Shown one piece after another: positions 63,898 to 64,000 of a stretch of DNA of 64,000 bases. The stretch covers positions 124,001-188,000 of the forward strand of contig NW_020843402.1 in assembly GCF_003704095.1 (NCBI RefSeq). Direction: 5' to 3'. This stretch comes from Pocillopora damicornis (taxonomy: Eukaryota). The stretch's first letter is position 1; every line of letters begins with the position of its first letter. The notes beneath the pieces were generated by a model. That model was not told the DNA's origin. It saw nothing but the letters and a program-made list of their open reading frames with translations, and made no database searches. The position numbers were made by a program, and so were the translations under genes.

Positions 63898-64000
63898 AAA
63901 GTTAACAAGTTTGAAAAGACATTGAATTCCAAACAACTGCTTCCTCAAAGACGAAAACTTAGCACAATAGCAAATAAATTTAAGAGTTTAACCAGAAATA

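Overview
Eukaryotic, intron-rich animal DNA, probably a stony coral (inferred from the gene set and from interspersed MITE/SINE families I recall from scleractinian genomes; not verified by search). Four spliced genes could be assembled by hand with consistent exon phases. (1) A Fat-like (FAT1-3/kugelei type) giant cadherin, + strand, 14 coding exons, 16193-36613, about 4649 aa. (2) A plant/bacterial-type Deg/HtrA 'protease Do-like 2/9/10' serine protease, +, 9 exons, 38514-43640, about 623 aa. (3) A divergent anoctamin/TMEM16, -, 20 exons, 45890-53930, about 956 aa. (4) Histidyl-tRNA synthetase, +, 14 exons, 54781-63897, about 522 aa, head-to-head with the anoctamin. Unresolved minus-strand exon candidates lie at 0.3-3.8 kb and 38.0-38.2 kb. 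The most notable observations are a candidate mitochondrial-presequence exon inside HARS intron 1, two U12-type (minor spliceosome) introns, a ~140-aa insertion in the Deg protease, altered Ca2+-site and ectodomain features in the anoctamin, a 2-kb TIR transposon, two perfect hairpins, CpG-depletion domains that point to a proximal Fat promoter, and a possible antisense gene spanning the Fat locus. No clearly new multi-gene system is demonstrable from sequence alone. There are two 100-N assembly gaps.
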